Below, one piece after another: positions 52,171 through 61,266 of a stretch of 64,000 nt of DNA (its first letter is position 1; every line of letters begins with the position of its first letter). The notes below the pieces were generated by a model. It saw only the letters and a list, made by a program, of their open reading frames with translations, was not told the DNA's origin and made no database searches. The stretch is from contig JBLNBQ010000142.1 of NCBI GenBank assembly GCA_050260095.1, forward strand, positions 7,423 to 71,422. Direction: 5' to 3'. The translations under genes and the position numbers were made by a program. The stretch comes from Chitinophagales bacterium (GTDB taxonomy: Bacteria > Bacillota > UBA5301 > DYFA01).

Positions 52171-54038
52171 AGCACGTCCCACCACGCCCGCGACTGGTGC
52201 CGCGCCGCTTCGGCCTGCTCGGCCAGGCGGCTGCCGAGGGCCGAGAGACGGGTTTCTTCGTCCTCGTCCGACTCCGCGCTGAGCACCGCCTCGAGCACCT
52301 GCCGTTCCAGGCCGGCCGGGCCCTCCTCTCCGCCCAGGAGTTCCGCCAGATCCCCGATGACCTCGGAGAACATCGCGAGCTTCTCGTACAGGAGCCGCAT
52401 GAGGCGCTCCTCGATGGTGCCCTCGGTGGCCAGGTGAAAGACGTGGACGTCGTGGCGCTGCCCCAGCCGGTGAACGCGACCGATGCGCTGTTCGAGCCGC
52501 ATCGGGTTCCAGGGCAGGTCGAAGTTGATGACCTGATGGCAGAACTGGAAGTTGAGACCCTCGCCGCCCGCCTCGGTGGCGATGAGCACGTCGGCCGACC
52601 GCTGGAAGAGCGTCCGGACGTAGTCCTTGCGGCTGGCGCTCATCCCGCCGTCGAAGCCCAACACCCTGCGGCCGGCGGCGGCGGCCCGTTGGGCGATGTA
52701 AGCGGCGCTCCCCCGGTACTCGGTGAAGATGAGGAACTTGTCGGGGATCGTGCGCAGGAGCTGTTCGACCTGGTCGCCTTTGGCGTTGGAAGGCACCGCC
52801 AGCGCCAGTTGGAGGAGCTGCTCGTAGATGCCGGCCAACTCCGGGTCGCTCGCAGCGCGTCGCATCTTGTCCAGGGTCAGGATGACGGCGAACGAACTCG
52901 AACAGGCCTCCCGCTGGAGGGTGACCAAAGGCAGGAGGCAGGTCGCCGGGCGCCCCGCCTCCCGGGAGCGCCGGGCCGCCTGCCGCAGATGGGCGGTGAT
53001 CGCCCGGTAAAGAGCCTCTTCCGGGGGGCTGAGCTTGACCTTGAGCGGATGGATGACGCGCCGCGTGAACTTGACGGTCTCGTCGCCCCGCCGGTTGCGG
53101 ACCATCACCTGGCGCAGGAGCGCCCGCAACTCTTCGGGGTTCTTGGCCTGCCGCGGGCCTTCGGCGTACCGCTTCCGGAATTCCCGGTACGTGCCTAGCT
53201 GTCCCGGCCGGAGCAGGGTGATCAAGTTGTAAAGCTCTCGCAGGTCGTTCTGCACCGGCGTGGCGGTGAGCATCAGCAGGTACTTGGAGTGCAGGCTGCT
53301 GACCAACTGCCAGTTCTGGCTCTTGCTGTTCTTCAGCTTGTGGGCCTCGTCGACGATGACCAGATCCCAGGGGTGCGCCAGCACCAGCGCCCGGTGGCGG
53401 GCCGCTTTCGCGAGGTCGAGCGAAGAGACGACCACCTCGCAGTTCTCCCAGTCCCATTCCCGTCGGGCCACCCAGGCGGGGAGATCGAACTTCTCCCGCA
53501 GTTCGGCCGCCCACTGGCGGCAGAGGGGAGCGGGGGCCAGGATCAGCACCCGGCGGGCGAGCCGGCGCAGCAGGTACTCCTTCGCGATGAGGCCGGCCTC
53601 GATGGTCTTCCCCAAGCCCACTTCGTCGGCGAGGATCGCCCGGCCGCAGAGTTCGCCGACGACTCGCCGGGCCGTGTCGAGTTGGTGCCGGTAGGGGATG
53701 ACGCCGACCTCCCGCCACCGCTCGGCGAGGTGGGCCGGGGCGAGCAGGTCGCCGGTGGTGGAGAGGAGGCTGAGCTGCTCGGCTTCGAGGGCGAGCATGA
53801 ACCAGATCCACGGCGAGAACTGCCGCGCGCGCAACAGGCGCATCAGTTCCGCCGGCCCGTCCCGGTACACCAAGACCGGGAACGGGAGAGCCGGCGCCGT
53901 GGGCGCCCCGCCCGTCCCGGCGGGGCCTGCGGAGGCCGGCTCCCAGAGCGCGTAGGCGTCCGCCCGGTCCGCCGAGAAGGGGACCGGCTGCCGCAACGCC
54001 GCGCCCTTGAGCAAGGGTTCGGTGATGACGATCTCCAC
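52167..54038 (-). CDS. SNF2-family helicase (RapA/HepA/YqhH-like)
   Basis: 623 aa; SNF2_N motifs ADEVGLGKT and DEAH-type box VIVDEAHKLKN plus helicase-C motifs (LIATEAGGEGLNFQ, QRIGRVHRLGQ). Confidence 0.88.
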   Translation of the reverse strand: MEIVITEPLLKGAALRQPVPFSADRADAYALWEPASAGPAGTGGAPTAPALPFPVLVYRDGPAELMRLLRARQFSPWIWFMLALEAEQLSLLSTTGDLLAPAHLAERWREVGVIPYRHQLDTARRVVGELCGRAILADEVGLGKTIEAGLIAKEYLLRRLARRVLILAPAPLCRQWAAELREKFDLPAWVARREWDWENCEVVVSSLDLAKAARHRALVLAHPWDLVIVDEAHKLKNSKSQNWQLVSSLHSKYLLMLTATPVQNDLRELYNLITLLRPGQLGTYREFRKRYAEGPRQAKNPEELRALLRQVMVRNRRGDETVKFTRRVIHPLKVKLSPPEEALYRAITAHLRQAARRSREAGRPATCLLPLVTLQREACSSSFAVILTLDKMRRAASDPELAGIYEQLLQLALAVPSNAKGDQVEQLLRTIPDKFLIFTEYRGSAAYIAQRAAAAGRRVLGFDGGMSASRKDYVRTLFQRSADVLIATEAGGEGLNFQFCHQVINFDLPWNPMRLEQRIGRVHRLGQRHDVHVFHLATEGTIEERLMRLLYEKLAMFSEVIGDLAELLGGEEGPAGLERQVLEAVLSAESDEDEETRLSALGSRLAEQAEAARHQSRAWWDVL

Positions 54039-54226
54039 TGGCCTACCCCCGCCCGGATAGGTTAACCGCTGGTAGCGACCCTTACGCCTTCCCCAACCGG
54101 CAAGTATCCAGGATACATGGGGGTTCCGGCGTTGGCACGGCAGGAATCATTCCCCCCCCGACAGAATAGACTGCACAACTTTCTCCCAGCTACCTCACAT
54201 GCCGACCGTGCAGCCGACCAGCAGCT

Positions 54227-54988
54227 ATGAGACGGGGTGAGACCGTGGCGACAGACCGGGAGCCGATCATCCGCTTCAGCGGCGTCCACAAGTATTACGG
54301 GAAGCACCACGTCCTCAAGGGCGTGACGGAGGAGATCTTCGCCGGGGAGACCGTGGTGGTCATCGGCCCCAGCGGATCCGGGAAGAGCACCATGCTGCGC
54401 TGCATCAACCGGCTCGAAGAGATCCAGCAGGGACAACTCCTGGTGGACGGGTTCGACCTGGCCCACCCGCAGACCGACCTCACCCGCCTGCGTGCCGAGA
54501 TCGGCATGGTCTTTCAGCACTTCCACCTCTACCCGCACATGACGGTCCTCGACAACATCACCCTCGCCCCCCGGAAGGTACGCAAGATGCCGCGGCCGGA
54601 GGCCGAGGCCCTGGGAATGGACCTCCTGCGCCGGGTCGGACTCCCCGACAAGTCGCAAGCGTACCCTGCGCAGCTTTCCGGGGGGCAGCAACAGCGGGTG
54701 GCCATCGCGCGCGGGCTGGCGATGAAACCGAAGATCATGCTCTTCGACGAGCCCACCTCGGCGCTGGACCCGGAGATGATCGGCGAGGTGCTCGATGTCA
54801 TGAAAGGGCTGGCGCACCAGGGCATGACCCTCGTGGTGGTGACCCACGAGATGGGCTTCGCCCGCGAGGTGGCCGACCGGGTGCTGTTCATGGACGACGG
54901 GCTGGTCATCGAGCGGGGAACCCCGGAACATTTCTTCCAGAACCCGCAAGAGGCCCGTACGAAGGCGTTCCTCGAAAAGATCCTGTAG
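54227..54988 (+). CDS. polar amino-acid ABC transporter ATP-binding protein (GlnQ-like)
   Basis: Walker [13 protein letters not shown] signature LSGGQQQR, Walker [12 protein letters not shown]. Confidence 0.9.
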   Translation: MRRGETVATDREPIIRFSGVHKYYGKHHVLKGVTEEIFAGETVVVIGPSGSGKSTMLRCINRLEEIQQGQLLVDGFDLAHPQTDLTRLRAEIGMVFQHFHLYPHMTVLDNITLAPRKVRKMPRPEAEALGMDLLRRVGLPDKSQAYPAQLSGGQQQRVAIARGLAMKPKIMLFDEPTSALDPEMIGEVLDVMKGLAHQGMTLVVVTHEMGFAREVADRVLFMDDGLVIERGTPEHFFQNPQEARTKAFLEKIL

Positions 54989-55038
54989 CGCCCGCAGGGC
55001 GGTAGGGGATAGAACGAAGGCTGAGGAGGGAGTACGAA

Positions 55039-55854
55039 GTGAGGAGATTTCCCTGGTTGACGATGTTCCTGGTCCTCCTGTGCGTGGTGGGGTTGGTGAC
55101 CGGCGCGGCCGCGGCCGAATCGACGTTCGACGTGGTGAAGAAGCGGGGAGTTCTGATCGCCGGGGTCAAGTTCGACGCGCCGCCCTTCGGCTTCGTCGAT
55201 GAGGCGGGCAGGAACGTGGGGTTCGACATCGACATCGTCAGGTACATCGCCGAGAAGCTCGGAGTGAAGCTCGAACTGAAGCAGGTGACCTCCAAGACCC
55301 GCATCCCGATGCTGCAAGACGGGCAGATCGACCTCGCGATCTGCACCATGACCCACCAGCGGGCCCGGGACGAGGCGATCGACTTCTCGATCACCTATTT
55401 CATGGACGGCCAGAAGCTGCTGGTGAAGCGCGGCTCAGGCATCAAGTCCACCAAGGACCTGGCCGGCAAGGCGGTGGCGACCGCCCAAGGCTCCACCTCG
55501 GAGATCAACATCAAGCGGGCCCAGCCGGCCGCCCGCATCGTAACCTTCCAGGAGTACCCGCAGGCCTTCCTGGCGCTTCAGCAAGGCAAGGTGCAAGCGG
55601 TGACCACCGACTCGACTATCCTGCTCGGCCTGAAGGCCGGCCATCCCGACTACGAGATCGTGGGCAAGGCGTTCTCCAGCGAGCCGTACGCCATCGGCGT
55701 GCGGGAGAACGACTCCAAGTGGCGGGACGCGATCAACTTCGCCCTGATGGACATGTGGAAAGACGGCGAGTACAAGAAGGTCTACGAGAAGTGGTTCGGC
55801 GAGGGTTCCAAGTACGAACTGCCGACCGACTACGAGCTGGAAGTCTGGCCGTAA
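55039..55854 (+). CDS. amino-acid ABC transporter substrate-binding protein (SBP_bac_3 family)
   Basis: Signal peptide plus family-3 solute-binding fold. Confidence 0.88.
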   Translation: MRRFPWLTMFLVLLCVVGLVTGAAAAESTFDVVKKRGVLIAGVKFDAPPFGFVDEAGRNVGFDIDIVRYIAEKLGVKLELKQVTSKTRIPMLQDGQIDLAICTMTHQRARDEAIDFSITYFMDGQKLLVKRGSGIKSTKDLAGKAVATAQGSTSEINIKRAQPAARIVTFQEYPQAFLALQQGKVQAVTTDSTILLGLKAGHPDYEIVGKAFSSEPYAIGVRENDSKWRDAINFALMDMWKDGEYKKVYEKWFGEGSKYELPTDYELEVWP

Positions 55855-55880
55855 ACCCACAAGGTGCGGCGCAACCCGGC

Positions 55881-55903
55881 GGGCGGGCCCCTGCGGCCCG
55901 CCC
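55881..55903 (+). other. GC-rich stem-loop between substrate-binding-protein and permease genes
   Basis: GGGCGGGCC-cctgc-GGCCCGCCC, 9-bp perfect stem, no U-tract (followed by GTCGCAAAAAC). Confidence 0.35.
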
Positions 55904-55932
55904 GTCGCAAAAACAGGTGGTGAACAGCGGCC

Positions 55933-56688
55933 GTGAGGTACGAGTTCGACTGGAGCATCATTCCGAAGTACGCCCCGCTGTTTTGGAAGGGCACCCTGGT
56001 CACCCTTGAACTCAGCGTGATCTCGATCGTCCTCGCCACGCTCCTCGGCACGCTGCTGGGGCTCGGGCGGCTCGCCCGGCGGGCGCCGGTCCGGTGGTTC
56101 AGTTCCGCTTGCGTGGAATTCTTCCTCAACACGCCGCTCGTCGTTCAGCTCTTCTTCTGGTACTTCGGTCTTCCCATGATCCTGCCGGAGCCGGTCAAAG
56201 CGTGGCTGTGGGGACACAACTTCGAGTTCCTCGCCGGTGTGCTGGGGCTGACGGTCTACACCAGCACCTTCATCGCCGAGACCGTCCGGGCGGGGATCCA
56301 GTCCATCGACCGGGGACAAACGGAGGCTGCCCAGGCTCACGGGCTGAGCCGGGGCCAGACGATGCGCTACGTCATCCTGCCCCAGGCCTTCCAGGTCATC
56401 CTTCCGCCCTTGGGCAGCCAGTTTCTGAACCTGACCAAGAACTCCTCGCTGGCGATGACCATCGCGGTGGAGGAGCTGACCTTCCAGTCGCAGGCGGTTG
56501 AAGCCCAGACGTTCCGAGGGTTTGAGGCGACCACCGCCGCCACGGCGATCTATCTTGTCATCACCTTGAGTCTCTCCTTCCTCATCCACCGGGTGGAGCG
56601 GAGGGCCAACCGCCACCTAGTCACCGCGAAGGTCGCACGGCGAAAGGTCGAGGAACTGCTCGAGGTCGAAGGGGGGGTCATGGCGTGA
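55933..56688 (+). CDS. amino-acid ABC transporter permease (His/Glu/Gln/Arg/opine family)
   Basis: Polytopic membrane protein with the EAA loop (TFIAETVRAGIQSIDRGQTEAAQAHGLS). Confidence 0.88.
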   Translation: MRYEFDWSIIPKYAPLFWKGTLVTLELSVISIVLATLLGTLLGLGRLARRAPVRWFSSACVEFFLNTPLVVQLFFWYFGLPMILPEPVKAWLWGHNFEFLAGVLGLTVYTSTFIAETVRAGIQSIDRGQTEAAQAHGLSRGQTMRYVILPQAFQVILPPLGSQFLNLTKNSSLAMTIAVEELTFQSQAVEAQTFRGFEATTAATAIYLVITLSLSFLIHRVERRANRHLVTAKVARRKVEELLEVEGGVMA

Positions 56689-57353
56689 CCGGACCGGCCT
56701 GGCTTTCGGTGCTTGTGAAGAACCTGCCCTACCTGTGGGGCGGCCTGCAACTCACGCTTGGCCTCTCCGTGGTCTCCATCGTCCTCTCGTTCATCTTCGG
56801 CACCTTCCTAGGGATGGCCCGGCTCGCCCGGACGGCCGCAGTCCGGTGGCCCGCCACCGTCTACATCGAGCTGGTGCGGGCGACGCCCCTCATCATGGTC
56901 ATCTTCTGGATCTTCTTCCTGCTGCCCATCGTGACCGGGCGCCCGATCCCGCCGGTCCAGAGCGCGCTCGTGGCGTTTGTCCTCTTCACCAGCGCGTACG
57001 TGGCGGAGATCGTGCGGGCGGGGATCCAATCCGTCCCGAAGGGGCAAACCGAGGCGGCCCTCGCGTCGGGTCTCTCCGGCTGGCAGGTGATGCAGGAGGT
57101 TGTCCTGCCCCAGGCGCTCACCAAGATGATCCCGCCCCTGGTCGGGCAGTTCATCTCCCTCTTTAAAGATACCTCGCTCGCCTATATCATAGGGGTGTTG
57201 GAGTTGACGCGGCGGGCGACGATCGTGAACAACCGCGAGTTTCAGTCGTTCGCCATCTTCGGGTTCGTGGCCGTGGTCTACTTCGTGTTCTGCTACGCCC
57301 TGTCCCGCAGCGCCCGCCTGCTCGAGGCCCGGCTGGCGGCAGGCCGGAGGTGA
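56685..57353 (+). CDS. amino-acid ABC transporter permease (second subunit)
   Basis: Paralogous permease with EAA loop; start overlaps the upstream stop. Confidence 0.88.
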   Translation: MTGPAWLSVLVKNLPYLWGGLQLTLGLSVVSIVLSFIFGTFLGMARLARTAAVRWPATVYIELVRATPLIMVIFWIFFLLPIVTGRPIPPVQSALVAFVLFTSAYVAEIVRAGIQSVPKGQTEAALASGLSGWQVMQEVVLPQALTKMIPPLVGQFISLFKDTSLAYIIGVLELTRRATIVNNREFQSFAIFGFVAVVYFVFCYALSRSARLLEARLAAGRR

Positions 57354-57381
57354 GCGGGACACCGCGCAGGAGGCATAACGC

Positions 57382-58044
57382 TTGAGCTTCACCGGGGTTC
57401 TCTTCGACGTCGACGGCACGCTGCTCGACACGGTCGAACTCATCATCCAGAGCTACCAGCACACCTTCCGCACGCACCTGGGGAGAGAGGTTCCCGAAGA
57501 GCGGATTCTGGCCGGGATCGGCTACCCTCTGGTGGACCACCTCAGTCTTTACGCCGCCGACCCCGGCGAGGTCGCGACGATGGTCGAGACCTACCGGGCC
57601 TTCAACATGACCAACCACGACCGCTTGACCAAAGTTTTCCCGGGCGTCCAGGAGACGGTCAGAAGTCTCGCGGAGCAGGGGCTTAAGCTCGGCGTCGTCT
57701 CCTCCAAGATCCGCCGCCCGGTTCTGCGAGGGCTGCAACTCTTCGACCTATCCCGCTATTTCCAGACTGCGGTTTGCCTCGAGGACACGGAGCGCCACAA
57801 GCCCGACCCGGCGCCGGTGCTGCTCGCCCTGGAACAACTTGGGGTGGCCGCCGAAGACGCGCTGATGGTGGGCGACAGCCCCGCCGACCTCGAGGCGGGG
57901 CGCCGGGCGGGAACCGCCACCGCCGCGGTGGGGTGGAGCACGTTCAGCCGCGCCCAGTTGGCTTATGCCAACCCCGACTATGTCCTCGAGCGGATGGAGG
58001 ACCTGCTCGCCCTGTGTCGAAAAGGTGGGGGCGACGGAGCGTGA
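57382..58044 (+). CDS. HAD-superfamily phosphatase (PpaX / phosphoglycolate phosphatase-like)
   Basis: TTG start after RBS AGGAGG; HAD motif I FDVDGTL plus motifs II-IV. Confidence 0.8.
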   Translation: MSFTGVLFDVDGTLLDTVELIIQSYQHTFRTHLGREVPEERILAGIGYPLVDHLSLYAADPGEVATMVETYRAFNMTNHDRLTKVFPGVQETVRSLAEQGLKLGVVSSKIRRPVLRGLQLFDLSRYFQTAVCLEDTERHKPDPAPVLLALEQLGVAAEDALMVGDSPADLEAGRRAGTATAAVGWSTFSRAQLAYANPDYVLERMEDLLALCRKGGGDGA

Positions 58045-58050
58045 GCGGCC

Positions 58051-58584
58051 TTGACTGAGGGAGCCGGTTCAGGCCTTCTTCTGGTGTACACCGGGCCGGG
58101 CAAAGGCAAGACCACCGCCGCCCTCGGGCTGGCGCTGCGGATGCTCGGCCACGGTGGGCGAGTGGCGCTGGTTCAGTTCCTGAAGGGACAGGCGGAAACA
58201 GGCGAACTCGCGGCGCTGGGCCGCTTTCCCGGCTTCCTGGCCGAGCAGGCGGGGCGCCGGGCGTTCGTCAACCTGGCCCGCCCGGCCGCCGAAGACGTGG
58301 CGCTGGCGGAGGGCGGCCTGCGCCGGGCGGCCGAGCTGCTCGCCTCGGGCGAGTACCGCCTGGTGATCCTCGACGAGGTCAACGTGGCCGCCGGATACGG
58401 CCTGCTGCAGTCGTCCGAGGTGCTGAAGGCGGTGCAGGCCAGGGCGCCGGGCGTACACGTGGTTCTCACGGGACGGCAGGCGCCCCCGGAATTCCTGGCA
58501 GCCGCCGACCTGGTCACGGTGATGCAGGAAATCAAACACCCGTTCCAGGCGGGGCTTCCCGCCCAGGAAGGGATAGAGTATTAG
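58051..58584 (+). CDS. cob(I)yrinic acid a,c-diamide adenosyltransferase (CobO/BtuR/PduO-independent CobA type)
   Basis: 177 aa; P-loop GPGKGKTTAA and DE box ILDEV, CobA/CobO family. Confidence 0.85.
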   Translation: MTEGAGSGLLLVYTGPGKGKTTAALGLALRMLGHGGRVALVQFLKGQAETGELAALGRFPGFLAEQAGRRAFVNLARPAAEDVALAEGGLRRAAELLASGEYRLVILDEVNVAAGYGLLQSSEVLKAVQARAPGVHVVLTGRQAPPEFLAAADLVTVMQEIKHPFQAGLPAQEGIEY

Positions 58585-58645
58585 CGCGGGAAGAAGATGC
58601 CCGCCTCGCGCAGCTGGTGAAGGTGAGGGGAACAAAGTAGACGGA

Positions 58646-59980
58646 ATGGTGCAGGAGCGAGCCGCAGTGGCCGTGGCCAGCCTGGGCTGCTCGAAGAACC
58701 TGGTCGACACGGAGGTGATCCTCGGCCGGCTGGGCGCCGCCGGGTACCCGCTGGCGGCCGAGGCTTCTGAAGCAGACGTCATCATCGTGAACACGTGCGG
58801 CTTCATCCAGGCCGCCAAGGAAGAGAGCATAGACGCGGTGCTGTCGCTCGCCCGCTGGAAGGGTGAGGGACGGTGCCGCGCCCTCGTTCTCGCCGGCTGC
58901 CTGGCGCAGCGTTACGGCGCCGAGCTGCTCGCCGAACTGCCCGAGGTCGACGCGGTCGTCGGCAGCGGCGCATACGACCACCTGCCGGAGATCATCGAAC
59001 GCGTGCTGGGTGGAGAACGGGTGGTGGAAGTCGAAGCACCCGGTTACCTCCCGGAAGAGGCGCCGCGCCTGGTTACCACCGGGCCAGGCACGGCCTATCT
59101 CAAGGTAGCGGAGGGCTGCGACCACCGGTGCGCTTTCTGCGCCATCCCGCTGATGCGGGGGGAGTACCGCAGCCGGGCGCTGGAGAGCATCGTCGCCGAG
59201 GCGGAGCAACTCGTCGCTCAAGGGCGGCAGGAATTGGTGCTCATCGCGCAGGACACGACGGCCTACGGCCGCGACCGCTACGGCAGGGGCCGCCTGCCCG
59301 AGTTGCTGCGGCGGCTCGACCAGCTGGAGGGGCTGGTCTGGCTCAGGTTCCTCTACGGTCACCCCGAGCACGTGACCGACGAGCTCTTCGAGGCGATGGC
59401 GGGCAGCCGCCGGGTCGTCCCTTACCTTGACCTTCCCTTGCAGCATGTTAATGGCAGCGTGCTCCGGCGCATGCATCGCGCAGGAGACGCGGCCCACTAC
59501 GCGGAATTGCTTACGCGCGCCCGGCGGATGATCCCGGGCCTGGTCATCCGGAGCACCTTCATCGTGGGGTTCCCGGGTGAGACGGAAGCGCAGTTCGAGG
59601 AGTTGGTGGCCTTCCTGCAGGAGCAGCGGCTCGACCACGTGGGGGCCTTCACCTATTCGCCGGAGGAGGGCACGCCCGCCGCCCGCCTGAGCGGAAAGGT
59701 GCCGGCCGAGGTCGCCGCGGCGAGGCTCAAGCGGCTAATCTCGGTCCAACAGGAAATCTCGCGTGAACTCAACGCCACCCGGGTTGGCGGGCGGGAACTC
59801 GTCCTCGTGGAGCGAGGCGGCCGGGGCCGGGCCTTCGGGCGGTCGGCCCGTGAGGCGCCCGAGGTTGACGGGCAGGTGGTCCTGGCCGGAACGGCCGCCG
59901 TGGGGCAGTTCGTGTGGGCAAGGATCGAGCGCGCCGGAGCCTACGACGTTTCCGGCAAGGTGGAGGGGGTGCTCCCGTGA
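58646..59980 (+). CDS. rimO: ribosomal protein S12 methylthiotransferase RimO
   Basis: MTTase N-domain (SLGCSKN), radical-SAM CxxxCxxC (CDHRCAFC), C-terminal TRAM domain. Confidence 0.9.
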   Translation: MVQERAAVAVASLGCSKNLVDTEVILGRLGAAGYPLAAEASEADVIIVNTCGFIQAAKEESIDAVLSLARWKGEGRCRALVLAGCLAQRYGAELLAELPEVDAVVGSGAYDHLPEIIERVLGGERVVEVEAPGYLPEEAPRLVTTGPGTAYLKVAEGCDHRCAFCAIPLMRGEYRSRALESIVAEAEQLVAQGRQELVLIAQDTTAYGRDRYGRGRLPELLRRLDQLEGLVWLRFLYGHPEHVTDELFEAMAGSRRVVPYLDLPLQHVNGSVLRRMHRAGDAAHYAELLTRARRMIPGLVIRSTFIVGFPGETEAQFEELVAFLQEQRLDHVGAFTYSPEEGTPAARLSGKVPAEVAAARLKRLISVQQEISRELNATRVGGRELVLVERGGRGRAFGRSAREAPEVDGQVVLAGTAAVGQFVWARIERAGAYDVSGKVEGVLP

Positions 59981-60555
59981 CCCTGGCGACCGCGCTGACA
60001 CTTGGACGGATCTTCCTCGTCCCCGTCTTCATGACCATCATCTTCCTCAAAGTGCCGTACGGCGGCTTCCTGGGCGCGGTGGTCTTCGCCGTCGCGGCGG
60101 CCACCGACGGGCTCGACGGTTACCTGGCCCGCCGGCGCAACGAGGTGACGCGGCTAGGCACGCTCCTCGACCCGCTCGCCGACAAGCTGCTCATTTCCGC
60201 TGCGCTCGTCTCGCTGGTGCAACTCGGCCGGATCGGCGCCTGGGAGGCGGTGCTCATCATCGGCCGGGAATTCGCGGTGACCGGACTGCGCCTTGTGGCC
60301 GCGGCCGAAGGGGTGGTCATCCCGGCCAACAAGTGGGGCAAGATCAAGACGGTGGTCCAGATCGTGGCGGTCGTAGCGACGCTGCTCGGCCTGCCGCTGG
60401 GGCGCGAGTCGATGTGGGTGGCGGCGGCCGTCACGGTGGTCTCAGGGGTGAGTTACTTCATGTCTGTCCCCCCGGAACTCCTCGGCCTCACGGCCGGGGG
60501 AGGAACGGCCCGGGTCTCCCGGCCGGTCCGTCGATCCGGGAGCGTCAGCGGGTAA
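59977..60555 (+). CDS. pgsA: CDP-diacylglycerol--glycerol-3-phosphate 3-phosphatidyltransferase
   Basis: GTG overlapping rimO stop; CDP-alcohol phosphatidyltransferase motif DGxxAR...G...D...DK. Confidence 0.88.
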   Translation: MTLATALTLGRIFLVPVFMTIIFLKVPYGGFLGAVVFAVAAATDGLDGYLARRRNEVTRLGTLLDPLADKLLISAALVSLVQLGRIGAWEAVLIIGREFAVTGLRLVAAAEGVVIPANKWGKIKTVVQIVAVVATLLGLPLGRESMWVAAAVTVVSGVSYFMSVPPELLGLTAGGGTARVSRPVRRSGSVSG

Positions 60556-60588
60556 GTCGCCGGCAACCGTTTCTGGAAGATGCGCTGT

Positions 60589-60625
60589 GCGGGCGGTCCG
60601 AAAGGGCCGTCCGCTTCGTTTTGCG
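60589..60625 (+). terminator. rho-independent terminator after pgsA
   Basis: 11-bp stem (two G-U pairs) with GAAA tetraloop, followed by TTCGTTTTG. Confidence 0.55.
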
Positions 60626-60662
60626 CCGCCGGCCGCCGTGGGTGGCATCCCCACCAGGGGTG

Positions 60663-60671
60663 TGCTATAAT
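60663..60671 (+). promoter_or_regulatory. extended -10 promoter element (TGcTATAAT) for the small membrane protein / ftsH-like pair
   Basis: Perfect TATAAT with upstream TG, 35 nt upstream of RBS GGAGGGAGG; weak -35 (GTGGCA). Confidence 0.35.
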
Positions 60672-60705
60672 TGCATTCTGTAAACTCGGAGGGAGGGTGT
60701 GTGAA

Positions 60706-61266
60706 ATGCAGATCAAAGGCCTTAAAGTGGAGGTAATCTTCCTGGCCTTCCTTCTTACGATCGCCTTGGTCTTCGGCGGACAGTGGCTGCTCGGCCGTTA
60801 CCAGGTCGAGAGACCTCTTCTGGCTTCGGCGCGGAAGGTCGACGGCGTTAAGGATGCCCGGCTGGAGCCGGTGGACGGACGAATGAACCTCGTCGTGACC
60901 ATGGGACCGGCGCGGGATTTCCGGGCGAGCCACGACCGCCTGCTCGAGCTGCTCGATCTGGCATACGGACGGGACGCCGGAAAGGTCGTCGTGCACGATA
61001 ACCGGACGGCCAAGCTCACCGGCGCCTTGTACGAGATGAACTTCGCGCTGCAGGAAGGCTTGGCCACCGGACGCTTCACGGAGATGCGGGCCGCGGTGGT
61101 GAAGGAGGCCCACGCCGATGGCCTCGCCACACCGTACCTCTGGGTCGATGCCGACCGCATCTACCTGGGCCTGAAAGACAAGAACCACGTCCTTTACGAC
61201 GTGGTGGAGCGCAAGCCGGCGAACACCACGGCGGTGGCGCAGGAAGGGAGTGACCAGCATGCGTAA
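60706..61266 (+). CDS. hypothetical membrane-anchored protein (single N-terminal TM, extracytoplasmic domain)
   Basis: ATG 60706 after RBS GGAGGGAGG and an extended -10 promoter; stop overlaps the start of the downstream ftsH-like gene; upstream 42 codons of track ORF 60580..61266 rejected. Confidence 0.5.
   Translation: MQIKGLKVEVIFLAFLLTIALVFGGQWLLGRYQVERPLLASARKVDGVKDARLEPVDGRMNLVVTMGPARDFRASHDRLLELLDLAYGRDAGKVVVHDNRTAKLTGALYEMNFALQEGLATGRFTEMRAAVVKEAHADGLATPYLWVDADRIYLGLKDKNHVLYDVVERKPANTTAVAQEGSDQHA

Noticed and set aside
51121-53811. 896-aa minus-strand ORF spanning the region of the SNF2 helicase
   Set aside because: Its upstream two thirds lie in a different frame over the motif-rich SNF2 gene (52167..54038). 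Only the C-terminal 349 codons, starting at the ATG that overlaps the helicase stop, are taken as a real gene.
54039-54226. Structured leader (T-box/riboswitch) upstream of the amino-acid ABC transporter; 11-bp palindrome TATCCAGGATA (~54103-54113)
   Set aside because: No T-box specifier/antiterminator motifs or known riboswitch cores recognised. The palindrome is short and could be chance; the region is treated only as a divergent promoter zone shared with the SNF2 operon.
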